Position numbers and translations under genes: made by a program
Shown here: piece after piece, positions 52,882 to 64,000 of the stretch
Layout of the letters: each line of letters opens with the position of its first letter
Position numbering within the stretch: the first letter of the stretch is position 1
Assembly: GCA_963718525.1 (NCBI GenBank)
Contig: OY970355.1
Span: 1,824,001-1,888,000 of the forward strand
From: Candidatus Dormiibacterota bacterium
GTDB lineage: Bacteria; Chloroflexota; Dormibacteria; Aeolococcales; Aeolococcaceae
DNA length: 64,000 nucleotides
Direction: 5' to 3'
Notes under the pieces: generated by a model
Told to the model about the DNA's origin: nothing
Database searches by the model: none
What the model saw: only the letters and a program-made list of their open reading frames with translations

Positions 52882-54126
52882 TCAGGGATGCTGGCCCGTG
52901 TGACGGTGGTCACCCTCCGCCACCGCAGCTGCGACGATGGCCGCGTCCTCGCCGACGCCGAGGAGCAGCGAAGACTTGCGCTTGCGAAGGAAATGCACGC
53001 CGCAGAAGTGCAGGCCGGGCGCGACCGTGCTGGAGCCGTTGACGTGGAGGGGAAAGCCGAGCTCGTCGAAGGCGTCGAGATGGATCCATCGTGCGTAATC
53101 AGGACGGAAGCCACACGTAAAGATCACCGTGCCAAAGCCGTCGAGCCCGAGCGTCTCCGGCGAAGCGGCGCGGAACGGCGGCGGATCGTGAATGTCGGGT
53201 GTCGGGGTCCCGCCGAGCTCGCACCACTTCCGGATCGCGGCGCGCACCTCGTCGTAGCGGGCGTCACCGAACGCGACAGATTCCGCCAGGTCTGGCGCAA
53301 ACTGCGCCGTCCCGCCGTCCGTGCCGAGGAAGTGGCCCAGCAGCGTGACCCCGATGTCCTGAAGGACGCGGTAGTGGAGGTCGTGGCCACCGCCATGGCC
53401 GGTGGCCTGGACGTTGGCGACGAGTCGCGAAGCCGGCGACGGCAGCGATGAGGCCTCGGCGTCGTAGTACCCGCAGTCGACGAGCCAACGCAGGACATCG
53501 CGCCCGTCGATGCGGCGCGTGCACCACGGCGCCCGACCGCAAGCGAGGAAGACCTCGCGTCCTGCCTCGGTCAGCTCCTCGGAGATCTGGCAGCCCGTCT
53601 GGCCGCTGCCGACGACGAGCACCTTCCCGGGTGGAAGGGCCGACGGGTTGCTGTAGCCCTCTGCGTCGATGACGGGTAGGCCGGCCGGCACGCTATCAGC
53701 GGCGGCCGGCCGATGCGGCCTCTGGTACGCGCCGGAGCAGACGATCACCTGCTCCACGTGGAGAACGCCGCTGGACGTCTCTAGCGCGAAGCCACCGCCG
53801 GCATGCCGCAGAGCCGTGACGTCGACGTCCTCCCGCACTGGAGCCTCAAACGAGGCTGCGTACGTCTCGAGGTGGCGGACGATATCGTCGCGGCGCAGAT
53901 AGCCGTCCGGGTCGTCGCTCGCGTAGGCGCCGCCGGGGAGCTGAACGGTCCAATTGGGGGTGACGAGGCAGAAGCTGTCCCAGCGGTCGCGCCAGGTCTG
54001 GCCGACACTGCCGCGCTCGAGGACGACGTGCTCGACATCGCGCGCGGTGAGCTCGTGACTCATCGCGAGTCCGGCCTGGCCGCCGCCGATCACGGCGACG
54101 CGGACACGCTCAGCGCTCGCCCCCAT
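52882..54126 (-). CDS. Flavin-containing monooxygenase-like oxidoreductase (CzcO/TrkA-like)
   Basis: IGGGQAG, WRDRWDSF and VVGSGQTG. Confidence 0.88.
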   Translation of the reverse strand: MGASAERVRVAVIGGGQAGLAMSHELTARDVEHVVLERGSVGQTWRDRWDSFCLVTPNWTVQLPGGAYASDDPDGYLRRDDIVRHLETYAASFEAPVREDVDVTALRHAGGGFALETSSGVLHVEQVIVCSGAYQRPHRPAAADSVPAGLPVIDAEGYSNPSALPPGKVLVVGSGQTGCQISEELTEAGREVFLACGRAPWCTRRIDGRDVLRWLVDCGYYDAEASSLPSPASRLVANVQATGHGGGHDLHYRVLQDIGVTLLGHFLGTDGGTAQFAPDLAESVAFGDARYDEVRAAIRKWCELGGTPTPDIHDPPPFRAASPETLGLDGFGTVIFTCGFRPDYARWIHLDAFDELGFPLHVNGSSTVAPGLHFCGVHFLRKRKSSLLLGVGEDAAIVAAAVAEGDHRHTGQHP

Positions 54127-54250
54127 CGGCGCAGCGTACACGTCTGGAAAGTGCCGTCAAGCACCCCGACGCTTGTATTCGCACCACAAGGGCCGGCATG
54201 ACGCGCAACACACGTCGAACCCCTGCGCGGCGAGGAATGCCGCGTCCGTG

Positions 54251-55327
54251 CTACGCGATGGTGACCTGCTCGTTCAGGTACACGTCCTGAACCGCGTTGA
54301 GCAGATGAATGCCGTCACGCATCGGTCGCTGGAAGGCCTTGCGACCGGTGATCAATCCGGTCCCACCCGCGCGCTTGTTGATGACCGCGGTGCGCACCGC
54401 CTCGCTCAGGTCGCGGGCGCCGACCAACTCACCGCCGGAGTTGATCAGTCCCACACGCCCGGCATAACAGTTGAGCACCTGGTAGCGGCAGAGGTCGATC
54501 GGATGCTCGGAGGTCAGCTGGGTGTACACGGCATCGGCGGTCTTGCCGAAGTTGAGCGCGGTGAAGCCGCCATTGCTGGTCGGCAACTTCTGCTTGATGA
54601 TGTCGGCCTCGATGGTCACACCGATGTGATTCGCCTGACCGGTCAGGTCGGCCGCCAGCGCGTAATCGACACCGTCCTTCTTGAACGCGGCATTGCGCAG
54701 GTAGCACCAGAGGATCGTCGCCATGCCGAGCTCGTGCGCCTCGGCGAACGCGCGCGACACCTCCTGGATCTGACGGTCGGCGCCGTCTGAGCCGAAGTAG
54801 ATCGTGGCGCCCACCGCGACCGCGCCGATGTCCCACGCTTCCTTGACGGTGCCGAACATGATCTGGTCGAACTTGTTCGGGTAGGTGAGCAGCTCGTTGT
54901 GATTCAGCTTGACGATGAACGGGATCCGGTGCGCCCAGTGCCGCGACAGCGCGCCGAGCACGCCGAACGTCGACGCCACCGCGTTGCAGCCGCCCTCGAC
55001 GGCCAGCTCCACGATCTTTCCGGGGTCGAAATATTCGGGGCTCGGAGCGAACGACGCGCCTGCGGAGTGCTCGATCCCCTGGTCGACCGGGAGAATCGAC
55101 ACGTACCCGGTGCCGCCGAGCCGGCCGTGCTCATAGATCGATGACAGGTTGCGCAGCACGCGATTCGAACGGTCGGTGCCCGACCAGATGCGATCGACGA
55201 AGCCCGGACCCGGGAGGTGCAGCATCGCCTTGGGCACCGTCTCGCATCGATGCTCCAGCAGCAGCGTGGCGTCATCGCCAAGGAGCTGCTCGACGGTCTC
55301 GGTTGGGGGAAGCGTTGCGGTTGCCAT
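54251..55327 (-). CDS. fbaB: Class I fructose-bisphosphate aldolase (DhnA type)
   Basis: [23 protein letters not shown] and GRKAFQ. Confidence 0.95.
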   Translation of the reverse strand: MATATLPPTETVEQLLGDDATLLLEHRCETVPKAMLHLPGPGFVDRIWSGTDRSNRVLRNLSSIYEHGRLGGTGYVSILPVDQGIEHSAGASFAPSPEYFDPGKIVELAVEGGCNAVASTFGVLGALSRHWAHRIPFIVKLNHNELLTYPNKFDQIMFGTVKEAWDIGAVAVGATIYFGSDGADRQIQEVSRAFAEAHELGMATILWCYLRNAAFKKDGVDYALAADLTGQANHIGVTIEADIIKQKLPTSNGGFTALNFGKTADAVYTQLTSEHPIDLCRYQVLNCYAGRVGLINSGGELVGARDLSEAVRTAVINKRAGGTGLITGRKAFQRPMRDGIHLLNAVQDVYLNEQVTIA

Positions 55328-55439
55328 GGGTGCTCTCCCGATGCGTATCGACGCTCCGTCTGAGCGCCACTCCCTAATCTACGCGGTCGGCACGCGGATC
55401 GACCCGGTTCCCGGGCGCCGTCGGGTACGGTAGGCGGAG

Positions 55440-56744
55440 ATGGAACTCCTGCGCATCCGTGGCGGGCGTCGGCTCGAAGGCAGCGTCGCGATCTCCGGGA
55501 GCAAGAACGCGTCACTTCCGGTCATGGCGGCGGCGCTGCTCACCGATCAGGAGGTGGAGCTGGGGAATGTCCCCGACATCGAGGACATCTCCACCATGGC
55601 TCGGATGCTCGAGCACGTGGGCGTCAAGGTCGAGCACCCGAACACCAACACCTGGCGCCTGCATGCCGCGTCACTCGCGACCACGGAGGTCGATCCGAAC
55701 CTGAGCAGGCGGATGCGTGGCTCGTTCCTGCTGCTCGGAGCTCTGGTGGCGCGGGCCGGTGAGGCGAGCATCGCCAAACCGGGCGGCGACGACATCGGCA
55801 TGCGCCGCGTGGAGCAGCACCTCGAGGGGCTCCGCCTCATGGGTGCCGAGGTCGAGGAACAGGCGGGAGGCTACGTCGCCCGGGCGCGCCGCCTCCACGG
55901 TGCCCGGATCTCGCTCGACATGCCCACCGTCACCGGGACCGAGAACCTGATGATGGCGGCCGTGCTCGCGGAGGGCATCACCGTGATCAGCAATGCGGCG
56001 CGCGAACCGCACGTGTACGACCTGGCGCGCTGTCTCATCGGCATGGGAGCGCACATCAGCGGGGTCGGCACCGAGCTGATCGTCATCGAGGGCAGTGGCG
56101 GTCTGCTGCACGGGACCACGCACAACATCACCGCCGATTACATCGAGGCGGGCACATACATGATCGCCGCCGCCGCGACGTACGGAGACGTCGTCGTCGA
56201 GGCGATGCGCCCCAGCGACCTGCGCTGGCTGTTCAGCAAGCTGCGTTCCGCCGGGTGCGACATCGTCGAGGGTGCGAACCACGTGCGCGTGACCTGCAAG
56301 CACCTGCGCGGCGTCGACATGACCACGTGGCCGCACCCTGGCTTCGCAACCGACATGCAACCCCAGTTCTGCGCGCTCATGACCCAGGCGACGGGGCCGA
56401 GTGTCATCAGTGAAGCGTTGTACGAGAACCGTTTTCGTCACGTCGAGTTTCTCCAGCAGATGGGTGCCAACATCGCGATCGACGGGAGGAGCGCGGTGAT
56501 CAACGGGCCGGCGCGGCTGCACGGGACGAGGATGAGCATCCCCGACATTCGCAGCGGCGCGGCGCTGGTCATCGCAGGACTCTGCGCAGAAGGCACCACC
56601 GAGCTCGACAGGGTGTTTCACCTCGAACGCGGCTACGACGACCTCGAGCGGAAGCTCGCGCGTCTGGGCGCCGACATCGAGCGCGTCACCACCGACGAGC
56701 CCGGCACCGAGGTGCGCGACCTCACCGGCGTCGTCGGCGACTGA
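55440..56744 (+). CDS. murA: UDP-N-acetylglucosamine 1-carboxyvinyltransferase
   Basis: GSKNA, PGGDDIG, NAAREP, PGFATDMQ and ENRF. Confidence 0.95.
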   Translation: MELLRIRGGRRLEGSVAISGSKNASLPVMAAALLTDQEVELGNVPDIEDISTMARMLEHVGVKVEHPNTNTWRLHAASLATTEVDPNLSRRMRGSFLLLGALVARAGEASIAKPGGDDIGMRRVEQHLEGLRLMGAEVEEQAGGYVARARRLHGARISLDMPTVTGTENLMMAAVLAEGITVISNAAREPHVYDLARCLIGMGAHISGVGTELIVIEGSGGLLHGTTHNITADYIEAGTYMIAAAATYGDVVVEAMRPSDLRWLFSKLRSAGCDIVEGANHVRVTCKHLRGVDMTTWPHPGFATDMQPQFCALMTQATGPSVISEALYENRFRHVEFLQQMGANIAIDGRSAVINGPARLHGTRMSIPDIRSGAALVIAGLCAEGTTELDRVFHLERGYDDLERKLARLGADIERVTTDEPGTEVRDLTGVVGD

Positions 56745-56756
56745 GGACGCGCACCA

Positions 56757-57755
56757 GTGCTGGGCAAGAAGGTTGGCATCGACCTCGGCACGACGACGAC
56801 GCGGATCATCGTCAAGGGTGAGGGCATGATCGCCAGCGAGCCGACGGCGGTGGCGATCCGCGACGGTGGCATGCAGGCGGCGGTGTTCGGTGAGGCGGCG
56901 TTCGAGACCGTGGCCGGCGACCCCGAATTCCTGCTGCACCGGCCCATCGCCGGCGGCGAGATCGCCGATGCCGCGTCCGCGCGATGGCTCGTCAACCACG
57001 CGATGATCCGCGCGGCCGGGCGGCAGCGCATCTTCAAGCCGGACGTGGTGATCGCGGTGATGTCGTGTCTGCCGGGCGGACAGCGACGCTCGCTGCTCGA
57101 GGCGGCCGCGCTCGCCGGTGCGAGAACGGCATACCTGCTCGACGCGCCGCTCGCCGCTGCGATGGGTGCGGGGGTCCGGCTGAGCGGACCCAATGGTCAT
57201 CTGCTCATCGACATCGGCGCCGGCAAGACCGACATCGCCACCCTGGCGCTCGAGGGCACCGTGAGTGGCCGCTGCCTGCGCGGTCACGGCGGCGTGCGTC
57301 TACACGCGTCGATCGTCGACCACGTGCGCGAGACCCACGGGGTGACGCTTGATGCGGCGACGGTGGAGGAGGTGGTCGCGTCGCTCGCGCGGGTGGGTTC
57401 GCACGAGGAGCGGCGCCTGGACGTCATGGCCACCGGCGAGCGCGGCGAGCAGAGCGTGACGATCACCTCCACCGAGCTGACCGCGTGCCTCGACGCGCAC
57501 GTGCGGCCGATCCTCACGGCGCTTGACGGTGTCCTCGCCGATACTCCGGAGCGGTTGATTGACGACATCAAGCGCGAGGGCATCCTGCTCTGCGGGGGTG
57601 GTGCGCGTCTCGAGGGCCTCGATGGCGCGATCGCGTCGGCCACTGGAATCGACGTGCACCGGGACAGCGAGCCGCAGCTCTGTGCGGTGCGCGGGACCGG
57701 CTATGCCCTGGACAACCTCGACGTGCTCAAGCGCGCGCTCATGTACATCCGGTAG
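56757..57755 (+). CDS. MreB/Mbl-family actin-like protein (divergent)
   Basis: GIDLGT, EP..VA, DIGAGKTD and LCGGGA. Confidence 0.85.
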   Translation: MLGKKVGIDLGTTTTRIIVKGEGMIASEPTAVAIRDGGMQAAVFGEAAFETVAGDPEFLLHRPIAGGEIADAASARWLVNHAMIRAAGRQRIFKPDVVIAVMSCLPGGQRRSLLEAAALAGARTAYLLDAPLAAAMGAGVRLSGPNGHLLIDIGAGKTDIATLALEGTVSGRCLRGHGGVRLHASIVDHVRETHGVTLDAATVEEVVASLARVGSHEERRLDVMATGERGEQSVTITSTELTACLDAHVRPILTALDGVLADTPERLIDDIKREGILLCGGGARLEGLDGAIASATGIDVHRDSEPQLCAVRGTGYALDNLDVLKRALMYIR

Positions 57756-57764
57756 GAGGACGCC

Positions 57765-58772
57765 TCAGAGCGTCGCCTCGATCCCCGCAAGGACATCCTC
57801 CACTCGGATCTGGTCCATGCTCGCCGGGTTCTCGATGCCGTCCTCGTAGAGAGGGGGCGCCAGCGCCTGGACCACGCGGTGCGCGGGACCGTAGGCGCCG
57901 CCACGAGCGCCGTCGGTCGGTCCGAACAGCCCCACCGTGGGCGTGTCCATCGCGGCGGCCAGCTGGAGCAGCGGGGTGTCGCTGCCGACCAGGAGGTCGC
58001 ACCGGGCGATCACCCCGGCGAGGGTCGCCAGGTCGATCTCGCCGACCAGGTCGGTCGCAGCCGCTCTCAGATCCATCTTGGTGCGCTCCGCGGCGTACCG
58101 GTCATGCGCCGAGCCGACCAGGAGGATTCCGGCGCCGTGTCGCTGGGCGAGCAGGTTGGCCAGGTGAGCCCAGCGCTCGGGGTCCCAGGCGGTTGCGGCT
58201 GCGGCGGCCGGGCCGTGGCTCTCCGCGTAGCCGGTGCCCGGCGCGATCGCGACCAGGAGGCGGCCGTCACCGAGCCCGGTCCCGTGGAGCACCTGCTCGG
58301 CTCGACGGCGCGCTTCAGGCCCCGGCTCGAAGACCGGGCTGTGCAGCTGCTGGTGGACGCCGCCGACCTGGGCGAGACGCAACCACGTCTCCGCCTGGTT
58401 CTCGGCCCGGCGTGGCTTGACGCGGCCGGTGAGCAGCAGCCCGATGCCGCCGCCGACGCCGCTGCGCTGCGGGATGCCGGCGAAGTAGGCGGCCGTCGCC
58501 GCGATGGAGCCGGAGGTGCACAGGAAGACGGCGTCGAGACGCATGCTGCGCAGCTTCGCCCACAGGCGGAGGCCCCCCGTCCCCGTGCCGCGCAGCCCGG
58601 GAAGTGGCACGACCTGGTCGACCGGCGGAATGCCGTCGGCGAGGTCGGTGGCCGTCGACGGGCAGACCAGCGCGATCCGGGCGGTGGGATATCCCGCGCG
58701 CAGGGTCCGCAGCAGCGGAGTCGTCTGCAGGGTTTCGGCCATGCCGCCATTGACCACAACTGCGATGTCCAC
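57765..58772 (-). CDS. Glycosyltransferase family 9 protein
   Basis: W..ERW..LA and DTPLLQLAAA...PTVGLFGPT. Confidence 0.85.
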   Translation of the reverse strand: MDIAVVVNGGMAETLQTTPLLRTLRAGYPTARIALVCPSTATDLADGIPPVDQVVPLPGLRGTGTGGLRLWAKLRSMRLDAVFLCTSGSIAATAAYFAGIPQRSGVGGGIGLLLTGRVKPRRAENQAETWLRLAQVGGVHQQLHSPVFEPGPEARRRAEQVLHGTGLGDGRLLVAIAPGTGYAESHGPAAAAATAWDPERWAHLANLLAQRHGAGILLVGSAHDRYAAERTKMDLRAAATDLVGEIDLATLAGVIARCDLLVGSDTPLLQLAAAMDTPTVGLFGPTDGARGGAYGPAHRVVQALAPPLYEDGIENPASMDQIRVEDVLAGIEATL

Positions 58773-58858
58773 GGCCGAACGGTATAGCGTGTGACGCTCT
58801 GTGCGCGGGATTGCGCACGGGACGCGCTACCGGCGTCTCGGTGCAACCATATGAGTGG

Positions 58859-59806
58859 ATGAGTCAATCGCTCGCCGGACGCGATCTCCTGAGCATCGCG
58901 GACCTCAGCTCCGACGAGATCATCACCATCCTCGACCTGGCAGACGCTGCCAAGTCGGGGCGTGATCTCGGCAGCCCGCTCGCGGGCCGATCGCTCGCGC
59001 TCATCTTTCAGCGTCCGAGCAACCGCACCCGGGTGTCATTCGAGGTGGCGATCCATCGGCTCGGCGGTCACCCGATCGCGCTCTTCAACCCCGAGGTGCA
59101 GCTCGGTGAGCGCGAGTTTGCGGCGGACATCAGCCGCATCCTCGACCGGTACGCCGACGGGATCGTGGCCCGCCTCGTCTCGCATCGGGATCTGGTGACC
59201 ATCGCCGGAGCGGCGTCGTCGCCGGTCATCAATGCCCTCACGGACTCGGAGCATCCCTGCCAGGTGCTCGCCGACTGCATGACGGTTCGAGGCGTGACCG
59301 GGCGGCTCAAGGGAACCACCGTCGCGTACATCGGCGACGGGAACAACGTGTGCACGTCCTGGATCTATGCGGCGGCGCTCCTCGGGGTGAACCTGCGGAT
59401 CATCTGCCCGCCGGGCTACGAGCCACCTGCGGCGGTGGTCGACAGGGCCTCGGGACTGCGCGCGCCGGGCACCGGCTTCGAGATCACCCACGATGCGCCC
59501 TCGGCGCTCCGCGATACCGAAATCATCTACACCGACGTTTGGACCAGCATGGGCCAGGAGACCGAACAGCAGCGCCGGCGCGAGGACTTCGCCTCGCTGC
59601 AGGTGAACGACGCTCTGGTTGCGCTCGCCCCGCCGGGCGTCCGGGTGATGCACTGCCTTCCCGCGCACCGGGGTGAGGAGATCACCGACGCGGTGATCGA
59701 CGGACCCCATTCGGTGGTGTTCGACCAGGCGGAGAACCGCCTCTGGGTGCAGCAGGCGCTGCTCGCTCTCATCTACTCGCAGGACGGGGCCGGAGTGGCG
59801 GCGTGA
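58859..59806 (+). CDS. argF: Ornithine carbamoyltransferase
   Basis: SNRTRVSFE, HPCQ, GDGNN, YTDVWTSMG, HCLP and QAENR. Confidence 0.93.
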   Translation: MSQSLAGRDLLSIADLSSDEIITILDLADAAKSGRDLGSPLAGRSLALIFQRPSNRTRVSFEVAIHRLGGHPIALFNPEVQLGEREFAADISRILDRYADGIVARLVSHRDLVTIAGAASSPVINALTDSEHPCQVLADCMTVRGVTGRLKGTTVAYIGDGNNVCTSWIYAAALLGVNLRIICPPGYEPPAAVVDRASGLRAPGTGFEITHDAPSALRDTEIIYTDVWTSMGQETEQQRRREDFASLQVNDALVALAPPGVRVMHCLPAHRGEEITDAVIDGPHSVVFDQAENRLWVQQALLALIYSQDGAGVAA

Positions 59807-60672
59807 GCGACTTCCTGCGCAACGCGCACTTCTTCCTCCAGAGCCTCAGCTGGCGCGACGGCCTCGACGTGCTCGTGGTGGCGTTCCTGCTGTACCAGCT
59901 CCTCAAGCTGATCAGGGGCACCCAGGCGGTGCAGCTGCTGCTCGGTCTCGCGGTGATCTTCGCGGTGGGCTGGGCGGCGCAGCTGCTGCACCTCCGCCTG
60001 CTCGAGTTCATCTTCAACAACGGCACCCAGGCGATCGTGATCGCCGCGATCGTCCTCTTCCAGCCGGAGCTCCGCCGAGCCCTCGACCAGGTCGGGCGAT
60101 TGGGGACGGTTCGCGCAGTGCTCGGACGCCAGCCGGAGCTGGCGTACGCGCGCACGGTGGACGAGGTGCTCCGCGCGGCGCTGTCGCTCTCGGAGCGCAA
60201 GGTCGGGGCGCTGATCGTCTTCGAGCGCGAGACCGGACTCGAGAACCTCGCGGCGACCGGTGTTGCGGTCAACGGCGACGTCACCGCCGAGATGCTCGCG
60301 ACGATCTTCATCCCCGGGTCGCCGCTGCACGACGGCGCGGTGATCATTCGAGATGGCCGGATCGTGGCGGCCGGGTGCGTCCTGCCGCTCGCGGAGACGC
60401 TGCCGGGCGTGGGTCGCATGGGCACGCGCCACCGCGCGGCGCTCGGCCTGACGATGCAGAGCGACGCCGTGGTGCTCATCGTGAGCGAGGAGACGGGCCT
60501 GATCAGCCTCGCGCATGACGGCAAGATCTACCGTGGTCTGGACCAGGCCACGCTCCACGAGATGCTGGTGACCCTGCTCACCAAGGAGGACGGGTCCGGA
60601 CGCGCTGCGATGCTCCGTCCGCTCGCCAGAGTCCGCCCCCTGCGCACGTTGGGGCGCCGCTCGCACCCGTGA
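59803..60672 (+). CDS. cdaA: Diadenylate cyclase CdaA
   Basis: Three TM helices, FQPELRRAL, HDGA and GTRHRAA. Confidence 0.94.
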   Translation: MSDFLRNAHFFLQSLSWRDGLDVLVVAFLLYQLLKLIRGTQAVQLLLGLAVIFAVGWAAQLLHLRLLEFIFNNGTQAIVIAAIVLFQPELRRALDQVGRLGTVRAVLGRQPELAYARTVDEVLRAALSLSERKVGALIVFERETGLENLAATGVAVNGDVTAEMLATIFIPGSPLHDGAVIIRDGRIVAAGCVLPLAETLPGVGRMGTRHRAALGLTMQSDAVVLIVSEETGLISLAHDGKIYRGLDQATLHEMLVTLLTKEDGSGRAAMLRPLARVRPLRTLGRRSHP

Positions 60673-61643
60673 GGATCCCAGGCTTCATCCGGCGGAACTG
60701 GCAGCTCAAGGTGGGGTGTTTCTTCATCGCGTTCGTCACCTGGGTCGGGGTCGTCTACGCAGGCAATCCCCCGGAGACGCGGGTGGTGTCGGTCACGATT
60801 CCCCAGAGCCCATCGAACATCCCTGCCAGGTACGTGCTGGTGAATCCCATCAACCCCGTCCAGGTGCGCATCGGCGGTAATCAGAACACGCTCGACGCGT
60901 TCAATCCAGCGGTGCTCGACGTGAACGTGGACTGGGCTGCGGTGAACCGCGCGGGCACGTATGCGATCCCCATGTCGATCACGAGCCCCGATCCCAACAT
61001 CGAGCTCATCAGTCCACCGACGTCGCTGCTGGTCGACATCGATACGTTCACATCGAAGTCGGTACCGGTCACCATTCAGATCACCAGTCCGCCGCCGGTG
61101 GGGTATGCGAGCGGTTCGCAGCAGGCGTCCCCGTCAACGGTGGTGGTGGCGGGTCCCTCGCATGAGCTGGTCGGGATCGAAGCGCGCGTGACGGTGAATC
61201 TGGGCGCCCAGAAGGCCAACTTCCAGGCGCCGCTCAGCGTGCTGGTCTACGACTCGGAGGGGCTGCAACTCGACAACGTGAGTGTCGATCACGCGTACGT
61301 CACCGTGGCGATCACGATCACGGCGGACGTGACCAACCGCGTCGTCGCGGTGTTTCCCAAGACGACAGGGAGCCCGTCGCCCGGGCATTACCTGACCGGC
61401 ATCATCGTGTCCCCGCTCACCGTCATCGCGACCGGATCGCAGGATCTGCTCAACACCCTTGATTCCGTGTCGACGATGGCGATTTCGTTGAACGGCGTCT
61501 TCGGCACCTACACGCAGTCGGTCACGCTGGATCCGCCGGCCGGTGTGACCCTGTCCCAGAGCAAGGTGACGGTCACGATCGAGATGGGCTCCGTCCCCGC
61601 GCCGCCGACACCCACGCCGACGCCAACTCCGTCACCCACGTAA
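60669..61643 (+). CDS. cdaR: CdaR/YbbR-domain protein
   Basis: N-terminal TM plus YbbR-like beta repeats, coupled to cdaA. Confidence 0.85.
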   Translation: MRIPGFIRRNWQLKVGCFFIAFVTWVGVVYAGNPPETRVVSVTIPQSPSNIPARYVLVNPINPVQVRIGGNQNTLDAFNPAVLDVNVDWAAVNRAGTYAIPMSITSPDPNIELISPPTSLLVDIDTFTSKSVPVTIQITSPPPVGYASGSQQASPSTVVVAGPSHELVGIEARVTVNLGAQKANFQAPLSVLVYDSEGLQLDNVSVDHAYVTVAITITADVTNRVVAVFPKTTGSPSPGHYLTGIIVSPLTVIATGSQDLLNTLDSVSTMAISLNGVFGTYTQSVTLDPPAGVTLSQSKVTVTIEMGSVPAPPTPTPTPTPSPT

Positions 61644-61677
61644 CCCCTTCCTACGCACCCCGTTCCAGAGAGGTCCC

Positions 61678-63510
<1,833 letters not shown>

Positions 63511-63517
63511 TCGTCGG

Positions 63518-64000
63518 ATGACGATGGTTGTCGGGGTCGATGTGACCGTGGTGGATCGCATCGCGGCCGCTCTGGCGCGCCACCCACGGTTCGCGCAGAA
63601 GATCTATACCGAGGGTGAGCGGCGGTACAGCGCCAGCAAGCCTGAGCGATGGGCGAGCAGGTGGGCGGCGAAGGAGGCGGTGCGCAAGCTCTGCTCGTCG
63701 TCCGGAGAGGCGATGCCCGCGTATCGCGACATCGAGGTCGTCCGGCGCCGTGGCGGGCCGCCTCGCGTTCATATCCGCGGCGAGGCGACGCCGATCGCGC
63801 TCTCGCTCACGCATGACGGAGGTCTCGCCATTGCGGTGGCGGTGGACCGCACCGGCGGCCGGCGCCGCGAGACGCCGGTGCCTCCGGGCGACCTGAAGCT
63901 CGCCGATCGCCCCGACGACGGGCACAAGGGCACCTTCGGCCGCGTCGTGGTGGTGGCTGGGTCGCAGGGATTCACCGGCGCGCCGCGGCTGGCGGCGATG
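63518..64000 (+). CDS. AcpS (holo-ACP synthase) fused to NAD(P)HX dehydratase NnrD, 3' truncated
   Basis: One open frame: VGVDV...RWAAKEA...LSLTHD (AcpS), then RPDDGHKGTFGRVVVVAGS.GFTGA (start of the YjeF C-terminal domain). Confidence 0.85.
   Translation, partial: MTMVVGVDVTVVDRIAAALARHPRFAQKIYTEGERRYSASKPERWASRWAAKEAVRKLCSSSGEAMPAYRDIEVVRRRGGPPRVHIRGEATPIALSLTHDGGLAIAVAVDRTGGRRRETPVPPGDLKLADRPDDGHKGTFGRVVVVAGSQGFTGAPRLAAM

Noticed and set aside
61595-61640. Pro-Thr repeat at the cdaR C-terminus (and Pro/Thr/Ala repeats at 37340-37470)
   Set aside because: These are ordinary low-complexity linkers.

Overview
High-GC bacterial chromosome segment. The gene order is Terrabacteria-like, with many leaderless genes and NTGA-coupled starts; a Dormibacterota/Chloroflexota- or Actinomycetota-like soil lineage is my inference only. 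The core backbone is radical SAM-rpmE-[5 kb island]-DUF1385-prfA-prmC-tsaC-glyA-MraY/WecA-atpZ/I-atpBEFHAGDC, and later fbaB, murA, an mreB-like gene, argF, cdaA-cdaR-glmS and an AcpS-NnrD fusion cut by the window end. Accessory DNA comprises secreted Cys-rich proteins (0-10 kb), a STAND-ATPase/beta-propeller island (12-17 kb) and a mosaic at about 35.5-50 kb. The mosaic is the most unusual part. An intact DUF222-HNH gene preceded by a LexA-type box is followed by unrelated cargo modules (Ltp lipoprotein, CoxS/M/L-like, hydrolase-ABC-ArsR, HEAT protein, DUF4760-like, GNAT). Their borders repeatedly carry fragments of the HNH active-site codons joined to two short recurring motifs. This suggests repeated site-specific capture of gene cassettes at DUF222-HNH genes, with no recombinase in view. 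No rRNA, tRNA or CRISPR array was recognised. All alignments were made by eye and no database searches were run.
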